Program-made: the position numbers and the translations under genes
The notes under the pieces: generated by a model
Database searches by the model: none
What the model was told of the DNA's origin: nothing
The model's input: the letters and a program-made list of their open reading frames with translations, nothing else
NCBI RefSeq assembly: GCF_009914755.1
Contig: NC_060931.1
Direction: 5' to 3' (one strand)
DNA: 64,000 bases
Origin: the human T2T-CHM13v2.0 reference genome, Homo sapiens
Part shown: in pieces, positions 34,778 to 51,489 of the stretch
Numbering within the stretch: position 1 is the stretch's first letter
Layout of the letters: each line of letters begins with the position of its first letter

Positions 34778-36914
34778 TACTTTATTCTCATTACTTTAAC
34801 ACTTTAAAGGCTTTATATCCCAATCCTGGATCACAATCTTATACAAGTCCATGAAAGACTCCTCTGAAAAAAATGCCAATGTTGCTACATTACTTATCAT
34901 TGTGCTTAAAATTATGTTCACTATTTCATATGAAATTTATACCTGTGGCAATCTAAGTAATTTTTTCATACCAAATATTTTTCTTCTCTCATGAGGACAC
35001 GGGAGAAAATATATCCAGTATTCTTTCCCACCACCCCCCATAGTCAGATAAGAAAATACAAAAGAAATACAACAAAGAAGTAAGAGGAGTGAAAATATTA
35101 GGACGTAATACTTTAAAACAAAGAGAGCAGGAAGATAAAAGTGATGATATAAAGAAAGACAGTTCTAGGTTATTAACCTTGGCTTGACGAAACAAAGTTC
35201 CCACTTCTTTTGTCAATATTTCATATACGTGGTAGAATTTTTTTCCCTTGTGACAATAGTTCTTGCCATTAAAAAAAGCAAAATTTACCTTACAGAGTTT
35301 GATTTTCCAGCAAAGTAGTAAGTTAGATGATGACACTCAAGATTTACCATGTGTACTCTTGTCACTTCATGCAAATCCTCAGCTGGAGCATATGAGAGGC
35401 ACATTAATTACATTGGATACAGGGATAATGTTTCTGCAGCTGCAGCAGTTTTGATATTTGCAGACTCCAGCGCACTCTATCTGTAATTTCACTGGCAGCT
35501 TGCAAAAACCAGCAGAATCACACTTATAAACAAAGGTCTGCATGGTAATTTATCTCCTATTGACTTCAATGAAGTCTCTTTATTCAGAATACTAAGAAAT
35601 TCATAATTATGAGCTAAGATCTATGACTTAGCTAAAGAAAATGAAAGATATGTTTCTTGCCTCTTGTCACTTATATTCCACATACCTGTGGATGATGACA
35701 CATATGTGCATATCTATACAATTGAACTTTTCACTGAGCACTTGCAAACCCATATGACAAGCTATAGGAATATGCACCAATATCCTATATATTTAATTCA
35801 AGGAGTGTTATTTCTCTTAGCAGAAACATTTACTTTTCTTCATGCATACTCCAACTATCTTACCCTTCTCAGACTTTTCTTTTTGTTATGATTCAGAATT
35901 GACTTGCTTTTATTTTTGGAGTGGGTTACCATAACAAAAATGGAGAGATCATTATTAAACAAATGAAGATTAGGTTACTGATCTGTAAAACGTGCCTAGC
36001 AAAAAGAGATGAGCATCCTACGGCATACTTACATGGCACCTAGCCCAATTTCAGTGTCAGATAATGCATACAGAAGAGGTGAAATGTCCCTATTTCAGCT
36101 GCCAGTCTGCCAACAGAACAGTTGTCAACATGGCACCACAATTCTGAAAATTTTCTGATACCTCTATGAAGTCTAAAATGATTTAAAGAAGCAAGAGGTG
36201 TCTTTAAATGTTCAATGCAGAATCATTTTGTCTCCAGGATCCAAAGGGTGAACATCCTAAGAGTTCATAAGATCTTTTCATGTATCCATTACTTCTAGAA
36301 TATTATAGCTTTAATTAATTGGGAGATAGTCTTATGGAGATTCATAATGGCTACCATTTCCGAGAGATTCCATGTGCCATGACCTAAGTATTTTATATAT
36401 AATAACACATCTGGTGAGATGTTTGGTTAAACTAGACTAAGAAAAGCTTTAAATAATTCTGTAAGGACAACATAATCATAGAAGACTCTATGATGATTAC
36501 AGCAAATCTTCTGCCTCCATAGTAATCCATGTCAGACTAGTGCTGCATAGAAAGATTCCTTCACTTATTTAATCAACAAGTTGAATATTTTCCATATACC
36601 TGGTTATGAACTAAGCCTTGGGGATTTATTAACGATCAAGTCAGACACAGGTTTTGATCTCAATGAACTTATTATAGTCAGGTTGGGGAGGCAGGGGCTG
36701 GCAAATAAGAATTTCCAATTCAGCTGAGGGAGGATCAGATAAAAATAAGCATCTTTCATAAAAAGCAGATTGTTTCCTGATGAACCAAAGGCTCAGTTCA
36801 GAGAGACAGAGTAGTACGAACTGAACGAATCTGACATTGTCTATAAGAGTGCATATGGTGCGTATACACGTGCATGTGTGTACACACATACACACACCAT
36901 AGAACACACACACA

Positions 36915-37290
36915 CCACAGAATACTATGCAGCCATAAAAAATGATGAAATCATGTCCTTTGCAGCAACATGGATGCAGCTGGAGGCCACTGTCCTAAGT
37001 GAATTAACACAAGAACAAAAATCCAAATACTACATGTTCTCACTTACAAGTGGAAGTTAAACATTGGGTACATATGGATATAAAGATGGAAATAACAGAC
37101 ACTAGGGACTACTAGAGTGGGGACAGTCGGGGCAAGGGCTGAGAAACTACCTATTGGGTACTAAGCTCAATACCTGAGTGACAGGATCATGCATACCCCA
37201 AACCTCAGCGTCACGCAATATACCTATGTAACAAACCTGCACAGGTACCCCTGAATCTCAAATACAAGTTGAAATTATGTATAAAAAAAT
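36915..37290 (+). mobile_element. L1PB/MA 3' end
   Basis: gaatactatgcagccataaaaaatgatgaaatcatgtcctttgcagcaacatggatgcagctggagg...aacaaacctgcacaggtacccctgaatc. Confidence 0.87.
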
Positions 37291-38321
37291 AATGCAGATG
37301 GCAGTCCAGATAGCAGAATCCGGTAAATCTTTGGATCTAGCTGTGCTCACTTTGGTTCATTGATAAAGCAAGGCAATTGGTGATTTTGGACCTACACTTA
37401 AAAAGCTAAAGTGATAATAACTGCTTAAATGCATTTAGTTATTACTTTTAGTTTAAATTTATCTTAAGGTAAACACCTCTCACTAATATAGTCACAGCCA
37501 ACCACCTACTCCTATACTATTAAGTATAAAAAGATGATGTTAACCCCATATCTTCCAGTCCATTTCTATTATATTTAAATAACAGGCTTTCAGAATTCTT
37601 TTTAAAATGCCAATTTTATACCCAGTAGCATACTCTGGTACTCTAATATAACATTCCTGGTGTTATAATGTCTAGCACCATTCTGAGCTCTGCTCTCAGG
37701 CCGAGTAGAGGCCCCATCTATATTTTACTTTAGCTCCTCAGAGGGCCAGTGAGCCTTAGTGCAAATTAATATAAATATTTTGTGCAGAATAACTTAAAAA
37801 TAATAGTAATAAATGTACATTTAAGTGCATTGACTTCCATGACCTTAACAGGTAAAATCATCATGCATATCATATCTCAATTACTGTGTGACTAATCCAA
37901 ATGGATACCAATACTGAAACTAGAAAAAAATGTGAAGTAGCACACTTCGCTATATCTGCACTAAAATGATACTAAAGTTCTTAATCCTGCAGCAGAGATG
38001 AGAACCTAGGATAACATTTGTATAGTTACCCCTTCTCAAGTGAACTTTTATCAAAATGTGATTTTAAATGAAGAGGGAATAAAGAGGACTGTGCAAGGCA
38101 AAAAGAAAAGACAGAAATGAGAATAAAGAGGCACCACAATAGCATTTGGGTTACAAAGGCCTCTTTTTAAAACTAAATGTTTTGCTGAAGCATAGCATGG
38201 TTTTAAGAATTGATGCAATGACGTTGTTTTTAATCCCCAAGTGGTTGGTCTGTAGCCAAACTCAAGCACTTTTCCAGGTGTGACATCTGTATCACCTATG
38301 TGTCATTATAAAAGGAGAGTA

Positions 38322-38635
<314 letters not shown>

Positions 38636-39284
38636 CTAGAAAGTGTTCAGTGCTGCTCTCACCCTCACTGTGAGAGGTCATGTTATTGGTCTGAGAGATA
38701 CATTACTAGCAGTGGAGATATTAGGTATTTGAACAAAATGAAGTGGAGTTTTGAAAGTTAGGTGTGTTTAGAAAGAACAAAGAGTAAATATATTGATGGG
38801 CTAAGTTTATTTCTTTTCTACTGGAAGATACTAGCATTGGCCAGCTGGCTAGAAATTTATTTTCTGACTTTTAGAGAGACCAAAATGTTTTCATTAGCAC
38901 CTAAAGTTCATAAATGTCTAAACAGGCAAAATGATGTTATGTCATGGCAGTTTTAGAAAATTATCTAACACGATGTGAGTATGAATATTTTGCTAGATTA
39001 AAACCTTTTTTTAAAAATTGAATTCCTATAACCACTTCCTTTATTTTTATTAGGAAGATAAAGCTAGAGACCTGGTGGTTTTACTGCTTATAATTTCTGG
39101 ATGTGGTACTATGATTCACTATTATTTATTGCTAGCACTACAGAGAACTGAAAGGGAAAACATTATCAATGCTCTGTACCAGAAAGATTGTGAGAAGGCA
39201 GAGTGCCCATAAAAGTGAAAGGTACTTTCTTAGGGGAGTTTGCACAAACACAGGGAACTCTGAAACAAAGCAGCCACAAGAAGC

Positions 39285-39853
39285 ATACTGCAGCAGATAA
39301 AAGATTACTAAAAATTTTTTGCTACTTCTCCACCAAAAGGTTCCCCCTTCTCTTGAGTCTGGGCTGACCTATGACTCTCTCTGATCCAAAGAGTAGAAAA
39401 GTTGCATTTCTCTGATTAGATCATTTGGTTTTAGGAATTGACAGACCACCTCAATGATTTATACCACCTAAATCAATGGAATGAGGTGGAAGTGATACTG
39501 TGCAGGATCCAGCCTAGGCCTTAAGAGGCCTGACAGCCTTCCCTTTTGCTCTCTCAAGCTACCCTAAGCTACCTTGTCATTGAGACTGTGTGGAGCAATG
39601 CCTGGCAAGATCTCAGGTGTCCCAACCATCCCAGCGGAGGCATGAAGCGTGAGTGAAGCCGCCCTGCGCATGCTAGCCCCAGGAGAGCTTCATATGACTG
39701 CAGCTGGGTGATGAGTCCCAAAGGAAGTCTAGTAGGAGACAGCGACCTGCCTGATCCTGAGTGAGATCGCAGAATCATGAGCCAACAATCTAGTGTTCTT
39801 TTAAATCACTTGAGTTTGGCATAGTTTGTTAGGCAGCAATAGAAAACTAAACA
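39285..39853 (+). mobile_element. MLT1-type (MaLR) solo LTR
   Basis: cttgagtctgggctgacct...agcctaggccttaagaggcctg...tagtttgttaggcagcaatagaaaactaaaca terminus. Confidence 0.8.
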
Positions 39854-40848
39854 GGTACTTCAAAAGAGTAGAAAAATTACATTTCTCTGATTCTCAGTGT
39901 GTGCTCAGGTTTCAAAAGGAAGCCTGCTCTGGATATAGGTTGGTTATGAAGTGGTGGAAAAACAAGCCAGAAAACATTTTCAAATGACTTCTTAGGCTTT
40001 CTTGCAGCTCTTTCTCAGGGAATGTTTAATGAACAACCAGGAAATTGTATTAAACTGCTAAGGAGCTCAGAATGGTTAGGAAGGGCCAAAGAACACTGCG
40101 CTGGGGTAGAGTGGGAAATCACTGGATGACCATTAACTGGAAAATCAACATGGAATGGCCAGCACTAAGAAGAGAGGCAGTAACTACTCATCGGAGAGCA
40201 GGCCCATCACCATGCACATGGACCTCAGGTTAATCCTCACTCTTCCCTAGAGGGTAAAAAGGGTAACTAAGATTTCAGATAATAATGCTATGGGATAGAA
40301 TTTCCTGAAACAGTGCTAAAACCCCCAAAGTGAGAAACTGCTCATAGTCCAACATCCTAGACTTATTCCCAGAAGCCACTTAATGTGACTGATAAGAAAG
40401 ATAAATGTAAAGATTAGGGTTTTTTCTGTTGGAGAGAAGCCCATAGTCTCCACCCTAAAAGTTAATCCCCACTGTTATTCACAAACACCCCTTCAAAGCA
40501 GTTCTGAGCATAGGCTTGGATGGGAGAGGGGGAGGTTAGGATGGAGGGTGTTTGCAAAGCTGTACAGTAGGTGAGAAAGGAATCTTCTTGCTACTACTAC
40601 AGGCAGTCGTAGCCCAGGCATATCCACGGGGCATATGATGCGGATTCTGACTTTTGGTTCAAGATAACAGACTGAACACACATCTTTCTCTTTAACAAGG
40701 ACTTTAAAATAGATAAACCCACAGCAATGAAGAGCCCCAGAGAAAGACTGTTATAAGGACAAGACAATGGAAGAGAATGCTAGAATATGGAATGTCAGTA
40801 AAGGCATGAGAGCAGAGGTATCATGACTTTGAAAAGTATATTCCAGAG

Positions 40849-41080
40849 CAGGAGCTGGCAAACTAAGACCCATGAGACAAAACCTGCTGCCACCTGTATT
40901 TGTAATTAAAGTTTTATTGGAACACAGCCATACTCTCTTGTTTTTACATGTTGTCTAGGGCTGCTTTCACGATAGCAGAGTTGAATAGTTGTAACAGAGA
41001 CCATCTGGTCTGCAAAACCTAAAATGTTTTATCTAAGTATTTACTAATATTTGACCCTTTAGAGAGTTTGCTGATTTCGG
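40849..41080 (+). mobile_element. MER58A (hAT-Charlie MITE)
   Basis: caggagctggcaaact...aaagttttattggaacacagcca...gtttgctgattt, with degenerate terminal inverted repeats. Confidence 0.85.
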
Positions 41081-42345
41081 TTCTAGTGTCTTCTTGGCTG
41101 GGAGGGCAGCATGGATAGGAAGGACTCTCAGTTGCTCCACGGAACCCCAGAAGGGCTAGGGATTCGGAAACATCTGATCTGAGTACATGGAAGATCGGCT
41201 TGGCCATTTGCCTGCATGCAGAACTCCCACCACACACCCAAGTCAGAGAATGGGAGTGTCTCCAAAACAGAAAGAAAATGCCCCAGAGAACAGATTAGAC
41301 TTTCTTATTCTGTCCCTGCTTCATAACCCTAAATAAAATCTGACTAGTCTTCAAACTCTGCCACCAACGTTGGACTCCCAAGTATCTTTATAGGATTTCA
41401 CTCTTAAATATGGAAATCTAGAATCATTAGACATGTGAGCACCACACTCTAGTAAAATAAAGGTATGTGAGAAAAAGAGGATATGGATAGGAATAACAGG
41501 GGACTGTGTTTGGGAAAAATATAATGCAAAGTCCCTAAGTGTCAGCCATGCAACCACCCCACTAGACAAGGGTTGGAAGACAAAAAAATGACCAGAAAAA
41601 GGGAGATCCTCCATAGTACCTAACATGATGACACTTTTGGGGGAAAATATGATTATTTTAAGAAATATATTGCAATAAAGAAAGAGTATAAAACTCCACA
41701 AAGCTGTTTATGGGAAACAATATATTTATGGTACATTACTGGGCTCAGTGAACAAATGTACAAAGCCATAATGATGCAAAAACTATGCAAATTTCACTAA
41801 AATTAGTGTAAAACTCCACTGGGAGGATGTAGGAGGGTTACCAGATGCTAAAGCTTCATTTCTTTCTAAAAGAAAGTAAATATAGGTCATGTCTAAACCG
41901 TTAAATCAAGACAACTGTATAAGTGTATTTGTTAGAAGTGTGAAGGTAGCTACCAAAAGAATTGTCTAAAAGAATATAAACTAATCCACTGTCTCTGGGA
42001 TTATAGGTTTAGAGGGTGGGAAGGGACAGGGTGGAGACATTTTAAGCATGATAAATATTTTGATCCTTTTTTATTTACCATGCACATGTACTGCTTCAAC
42101 AATTAAAAAAATACATATATATACACACATGCTTATTGTTGAACACTGCTTCTAGAAACCTGGAATCAGTAGGTCTGGGGGCACAGGAAACTGTATTTTT
42201 AAAAAGCTCTCCAAATGGTTCTGACAAAGTTAATCTTGTGCCCTTACTTTCAGAAGCACAGATATAGAGGTAGCGACCACTGAAAGAGCAGTGATATCTA
42301 CCTGCTCAAGTGGAGAAGTGCCAGGGGCTGAAGAATTCTAGGATC

Positions 42346-42720
<375 letters not shown>

Positions 42721-43782
42721 AGAATGCTAGGATGCTCGCGAGTTTTTCTCTCAGGACACTTTCTTGTGATTTTACTAATAAAATGGATAAATACTAAAGG
42801 AAGGCAAATAAAAATGAACGGGTTATGAGTTACTTCTAATTCAACCCCTGCCTATGGAAGCACTTCATGAATAGGTTAGCTCTCTTCTCTCTCGTGTATG
42901 CTGCAAACCACAAGCTTTGATTCAAAAATTAGCCTAGGGAAAAACACAAAACATCATGTAAAGAGGGAAGCTTTTTAACTGAAGGATGTTAGATAAATAA
43001 CTATCTATCAGACTCTGTGGTTTCTGTGTAAGCCATGTTACATCAAACTTGATTTTTAAAATACTTTAAAGAATGTAATCAGGGTCTCTAGTGTTTACAA
43101 ATGATTGCTGGGATGTGTAGAATACTTAATAACCAGAACTCAGAAGGTTTCTGGGCACTGTGATAATTCTTTCTGAGAAACCTTCTGGAACATCATAGGA
43201 TCATCAGGGATTGGCTCAGTGATTGTCAATAAGCAGCTGTTGTCAAAAAGCAGCCAAAGGCACACTGCCCTCATTTTCTCCTGTTCTCCATACCTTCCCA
43301 GGAGTCAGTGCTGACTAAGAAAGAAATAATTCCCAACTCTACCCTTGTTTCTCTTGTACAGGACCCTGGTTCAAACTTTTTGGTACAGAGGATTTTTCTT
43401 TGTGCCTACACAAACTACTGACATCTTTTTGCCTAAATTAGAGATCACCTAGAGCTGGAGAAGTTGATTAAAATACTTTCATGTTGATTTCAATGTCAAA
43501 TGAGACTGCTCACCTTTTCAATACCAATGACTTATCATTTATATCTGTAGCATCTATTATTTGTGTTAATTTTTGAGGTTCATTTGATATATAAAGTCAT
43601 TATAAAAAAGAAAATTAATTTTGTCTTTACCATGTACTTGTCTTTTAAATTTCATCCAGAAAATGAAAAACTGGTTTGTTGGTGCTTCAGTGGTCCGCTA
43701 CATTGTCCAATTAGCATTGACTAGGCTATACTGTAAAAGAGGAATTCAGCCTATTCAAATTTCATTTCTTCATTTATAAAAG

Positions 43783-43831
43783 CATCCATCCAATCACCAT
43801 CCATCCATCCATCCATCCATCCATCCATCCA
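43783..43831. repeat. (CATC)n at an L2 tail
   Basis: ccatccatcc... array next to reverse L2 3' end motifs. Confidence 0.9.
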
Positions 43832-44764
43832 AGAAGTACTTATGAGCACCTGTTATTTGCCCAGCGCTGTTTTATGTGCCAGGAGCATGTAAGTAAAACA
43901 AAATATTAGCCATAGAGCAAACCTCTATGCCAAATGGGCTAAAAATTAGTTGAAAAATTCTATGAGAATGGTTTTAATTACAGGTATATGTGTATTTGTG
44001 ATATTTTGGTTTTTTTATTTGAGGATATATGACTCTATACTGTCTCTGATGTTTGCTACAAGTCTAAGTAGTTCATCTTTACCACTTATGATGATCATTT
44101 TACTCCATACTTCACCATAAATCCACACTGAAGGTGAAACATTAATGTACACGGTGGCGGCGTACCGCTTTTTCTAGGCATTTCTCACTACTGTGCCTCT
44201 CTGCATGTGCTATTTCCTCTTCCCATGATCTTCCTCACTTGTCCACCTAGCAGATATCTGTTCGTCATCCAAAACTCTTTCAGGCATCATCTTCTCTATG
44301 AGGCCTTCCCTAAGCACCTCCCAGCAGAACTGATTCCCCCTTTCCTGTGTACTATTGTTGTACTTATGTACATATTTTTATTATAGCATTGATATAAATA
44401 CTCATTAACATGTCACTGGTAAACTTCTTGAAGATAGAAACATTTGTCTCATTTTTGCATCCCTAGTAATTTGGGATTTGCTAGTAATTAGCAAAATATC
44501 TGGCACATTCACTAAATATTTGCTGAATTGAACTGAAGAGCCATTCCCTCTATTATAACATGTGGGATGTTGCAGAAATGTGTTTTTACATGTCATTTTA
44601 AATTATCTCACAATTACAGGTAAACATTTTATATTTTTGAATATTTAACAAGCATTACATTCTGTTTGATTAAACTCTTTTCCAATGAGAGACATTATCA
44701 TCCCTATAAAAGCCTAATAAAATTATACAGTTAGCAATATACTTTAAAAAATTTCTGTTGCTTA

Positions 44765-44932
44765 GCCGGGTGTGATGGTGCATGCCTGTAGTCCTAGCTA
44801 CTTGGAAGGCTGAGGCAGGGGGATTGCGTGAGCCCAGGAGTTTGAGTGCCACCAGCCTGGGCAACATAGTGAGACCCCATCTCTTGAGAAAACAAACAAA
44901 CAAACAAACAAACAAACAAACAAACAAACAAA
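44765..44932 (+). mobile_element. FLAM_A-like free Alu monomer with (CAAA)n tail
   Basis: Single monomer (gccgggtgtgatggtgcatgcctgtagtcc...gggcaacatagtgagacccc); TSD ttctgttgct. Confidence 0.85.
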
Positions 44933-46211
44933 CTTCTGTTGCTCACTCCTCCTACTCTCCTGACTTTGTGCCAATATTGTGGTTATTACGTACCTATTAT
45001 ATTTTGTTACAATTACTTGTTTATGGGCCTGTGGCCCCTCCTAGATGTGAACTCCTTGAGAAACAGTTCTGTGTTCTTCCCATCTTTATAGCCCTGGTGC
45101 ACTGCAATGACTATGAAAGGGAGGTTCATAGTCATTGAAGGCTCAGCAAGTTAAATGCATAGAGGACTAAATAGGAGACGGTGAATAGAATTAAATCTTT
45201 GGTTCTTTTATCTTGCCTAGGACCTGCTTTGTGATTATCTTAAATGAAGACAATCTGCTAAATTCTAAATAAAGCTTTGACTTTGTGGTTGAATAAAGCT
45301 AACTTAGACTGTGTGGGTGTGGCAAACTAGCAAAATGAGTAAAAAAGAAAAAAGATTTTCTATTCAAATATTTTTATTTTGTCTTTTAAGTTTACACTGA
45401 AATAAGTCTTTTCTAGTTTTGAAACATGAAATAGTGGAAAGAAAAATAACTACATTTTTTATTCTAAAAAGTAATGGATTTGTGAAATATTTCACTGAAG
45501 TTCAAAAGCACTGGGGGAGTCTTTCCCCTTTCCCAAGATGGAATTAGTCCCACAATTTTGTCTTATTCTAATCGTAGGCAATAGGGTAATTTTTATTGAA
45601 ACATTTGATGTTTGTGAGGTTTTGGCAACATGAAGATGTGGATGCTCAGTAAAATATCACCAAATGAATGGCAGAGTTGGACACCCTCTAACTCACTCTT
45701 GTAGAAAATTATGTACACATGACTTTTATAACAGTAGCGTTTGGAAACGTGGTGAGTTAGTTTTGAAACTTCATCTCAACTTTTAAGGAGATATAATATG
45801 CATTATTACTCACAAATGAGTGGCAGTGACAAATATAAGGGCACCATAAAAAGTTATTTATACAGAAACTATATGATAAATGGCAATACAGCGTTGGTGA
45901 TATTTAAAATTAAAAATGTCAGATGAATACCTCAATTTTTTTTGTTTCTCTATACACAAACCACTTTAAAACCCATGGAAGAACAATTCATAAGTGTATT
46001 GGTCATAAAAATGGCAGAACTTTTTCTCCAAAGGAATTCTCTAATTTTTGTATCTATTAGAACTGATTGAGTTTATAAAGTTGATATCATGAACTAAATA
46101 AATGTGAAAAACATGACAATGGGGATAGAGTATATTCCTTTAGAGATATAGTTATTGTACTTTATAATAGTATTCTAAGGAATTTAAAAATTACACTATA
46201 CCAAGAAAAAT

Positions 46212-48884
<2,673 letters not shown>

Positions 48885-49584
48885 TTACACTATACAAATC
48901 TTGAATCAGCACTTAAAAGACATAAGGTCATATTTAATTTCTTCATTGTTTTCTAGATAAGGAAATTCATATTTACAAGTTATGGGACTTATCCAAGATC
49001 ATGGGCCAGGCAAGAAAATTTAAAATCAGACTGTGAAGCCAAACCTTGTTCATTACTTTTTCATTTACTCTGTGTAATTTTTGTATTTTATATGTTTCTG
49101 TCCTTAGCAATTTGCCTCTGTATTTCCACAAGAAATAAATTTCAGTTGTAATTTGAGTAGACATCTGAGTAATTATATATGAAAAATAATTTTTAAGGGC
49201 TAGAAAAGACTCATATATTAAAACATAATATAGGGACATATACAGACCTAGTCCAGTTTAAAGTTTTCCGTATGAGATGGGCATGTATATTTCAATAACT
49301 AACCTGGGTGATATAGCATGAGAATATTATAAGATTAACACAGATTTTAAAATATTGTGGCTGAATATAAGTTAGAAAAGTGTGAAATGTTAATCACACC
49401 CCTAAGAACAAACTCTAGAGATAAATTAGAAAAGTGTCAATCTCAAGAGTCCATTGAATCCAGCAAACAGAAGGGGTAGTTTAAAAAAGAAGGCAAAAAT
49501 TATATTCAAAATTGTTTCCAAATTAATTCAACTTGATATTTTTAAACTTAGGGGAAACATAATTTATGCTTCATGCTTTTCCTA

Positions 49585-49896
<312 letters not shown>

Positions 49897-51360
49897 TTAA
49901 AAAAGAAAAAGGCATGTTCAAGTCAAGTTCTCAGACAAGAGAAAGCCAGCCCCTGAGCAGCGACAATCCCAGGGGTAAATGTGGGGGGTCTTATACAGCA
50001 AATGCAAGCAGGTGGTGACTGCAAGAGGAGCAAAACTATTAGAACTTCCTACACACGAAGAGCAGTCCCAAGCATCCAGGGAAAGATGAAAAAGCTGTTT
50101 GGTTTGGAGACAGACTTTTTGTCAAATCAGTTTCCACTCATTAAGTTAGCCTTCTTGTGCTTAAAAAAGGCTGTGTCAACAGGCTGCCAGAGCCTTCTAA
50201 GAAAGAGGACAAGGAGCCCAAATCATCCAGACAACATCTGGATCTGTTCCTGTTGTTATTGTGAAAGATTCCAGGTAGGAGGTATGTGTCAGTGGCCGAT
50301 CCTAAACTAAGCCTTGAAGAAATAAGGGTAGAGAAATGAAATGGACATGGACTTGTGATTTTTTTTTTAAGTGAATAAGAGCACAATATTTCAGCATGTG
50401 CAATATCACAAACAGAGAAACAGTGGAATGTGATCACATACTCAAAGGTCCAGATTGCTTAGAAAGAGTACCTGTATGTGGAACTGACTTTTGTTTACAC
50501 TGCTCTATTGTGAGATACTATAAAGATAACCAGATAAATAAATTGCTATTGGCTCCGATAGTGTTTAGTATACTCTAAAATGTGAGCAAAAGGCAAGCCA
50601 ATGTTTTTAGATATAATTATGAATGTAAAGGTAACACATTTTGTCACAATATGTTGATAGATTCAAATCATATGCCCGAATAATCTGAATAGGCACTGCA
50701 TAGATTTACCTGCTAATTTGTTATATAATATGATTTTCCAGCTATGATCTGTAATAAATATATTCCTAAGTATAGTAAGTGTTTTAAAAAATAATAGTCA
50801 TACTAGGAAACAATTAATATCTGCTTTAAATTCCATCACAGATAAATATTTTATATGATTCTTTTAAAATGTGTTATATTTAGGTGGTCTGACTTAATAT
50901 TTTTAACAGCCAAATTGTATATGGTAACTCAGTTAAGTATTCTGCATGATATCTTTGTTGTTACATTTTGGGTGACAAGTAATAAACTCTAAAATAATGA
51001 GTCATTCTATTAGACTTCTGCTTTTTCTGTCCGCTTACATATCACACGTATCTTTATTAAAAACAGAGGTTCTTTAAAACATAAATAAAAACCACATATA
51101 ATCCTTTCTCCTATGTTTTCTTTATCAAATTAATGTTTATAGTTGGAGATAAGTTCACCAGGAGACCTTTACATTCATTTAATTATGCTGCAGTATATGG
51201 CGTGAAAACTACCAGCAGGCAAGCCTAGGCCTCCCGACTCTAAAGGCTGTTTTGTGCTTTTATTTAGAAGCTCACTAGCTGTGAAAAGTTTGTGCAGCAA
51301 CTCATCCCACTACGTGGCTCCCAGGTGTAGTCAGGTCCCGCAAGCAGCCCTGGGACATAC

Positions 51361-51489
51361 CGAACAGCCAGGGCCTCCCTGCTGGGTCGCGCTGATAGTA
51401 AGACAAGTCATTCACGCTGCGCGACCTCTCCGGGGCAGCACGGGGGCGGATGGATTTGGGCCTAGGTAATGTCCATGAGGAGCTGTCTA
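51361..51489 (-). CDS. MAGI2: Candidate alternative (cassette) MAGI2 exon, 129 nt / 43 aa
   Basis: Acceptor cttgttctcctttgtgacag and donor TTCG|gtatgt; phase 1 at both ends; open in the MAGI2 frame (VDSSSWTLPRPKSIRPRAAPERSRSVNDLSYYQRDPAGRPWLF); about 9 CpGs in 129 nt in an otherwise CpG-poor intron. Confidence 0.7.

Noticed and set aside
44152-44173. GCGG-CGTA-CCGC stem followed by T5, resembling an intrinsic terminator
   Set aside because: Only a 4-bp stem in eukaryotic intronic, L2-like sequence; most likely chance.
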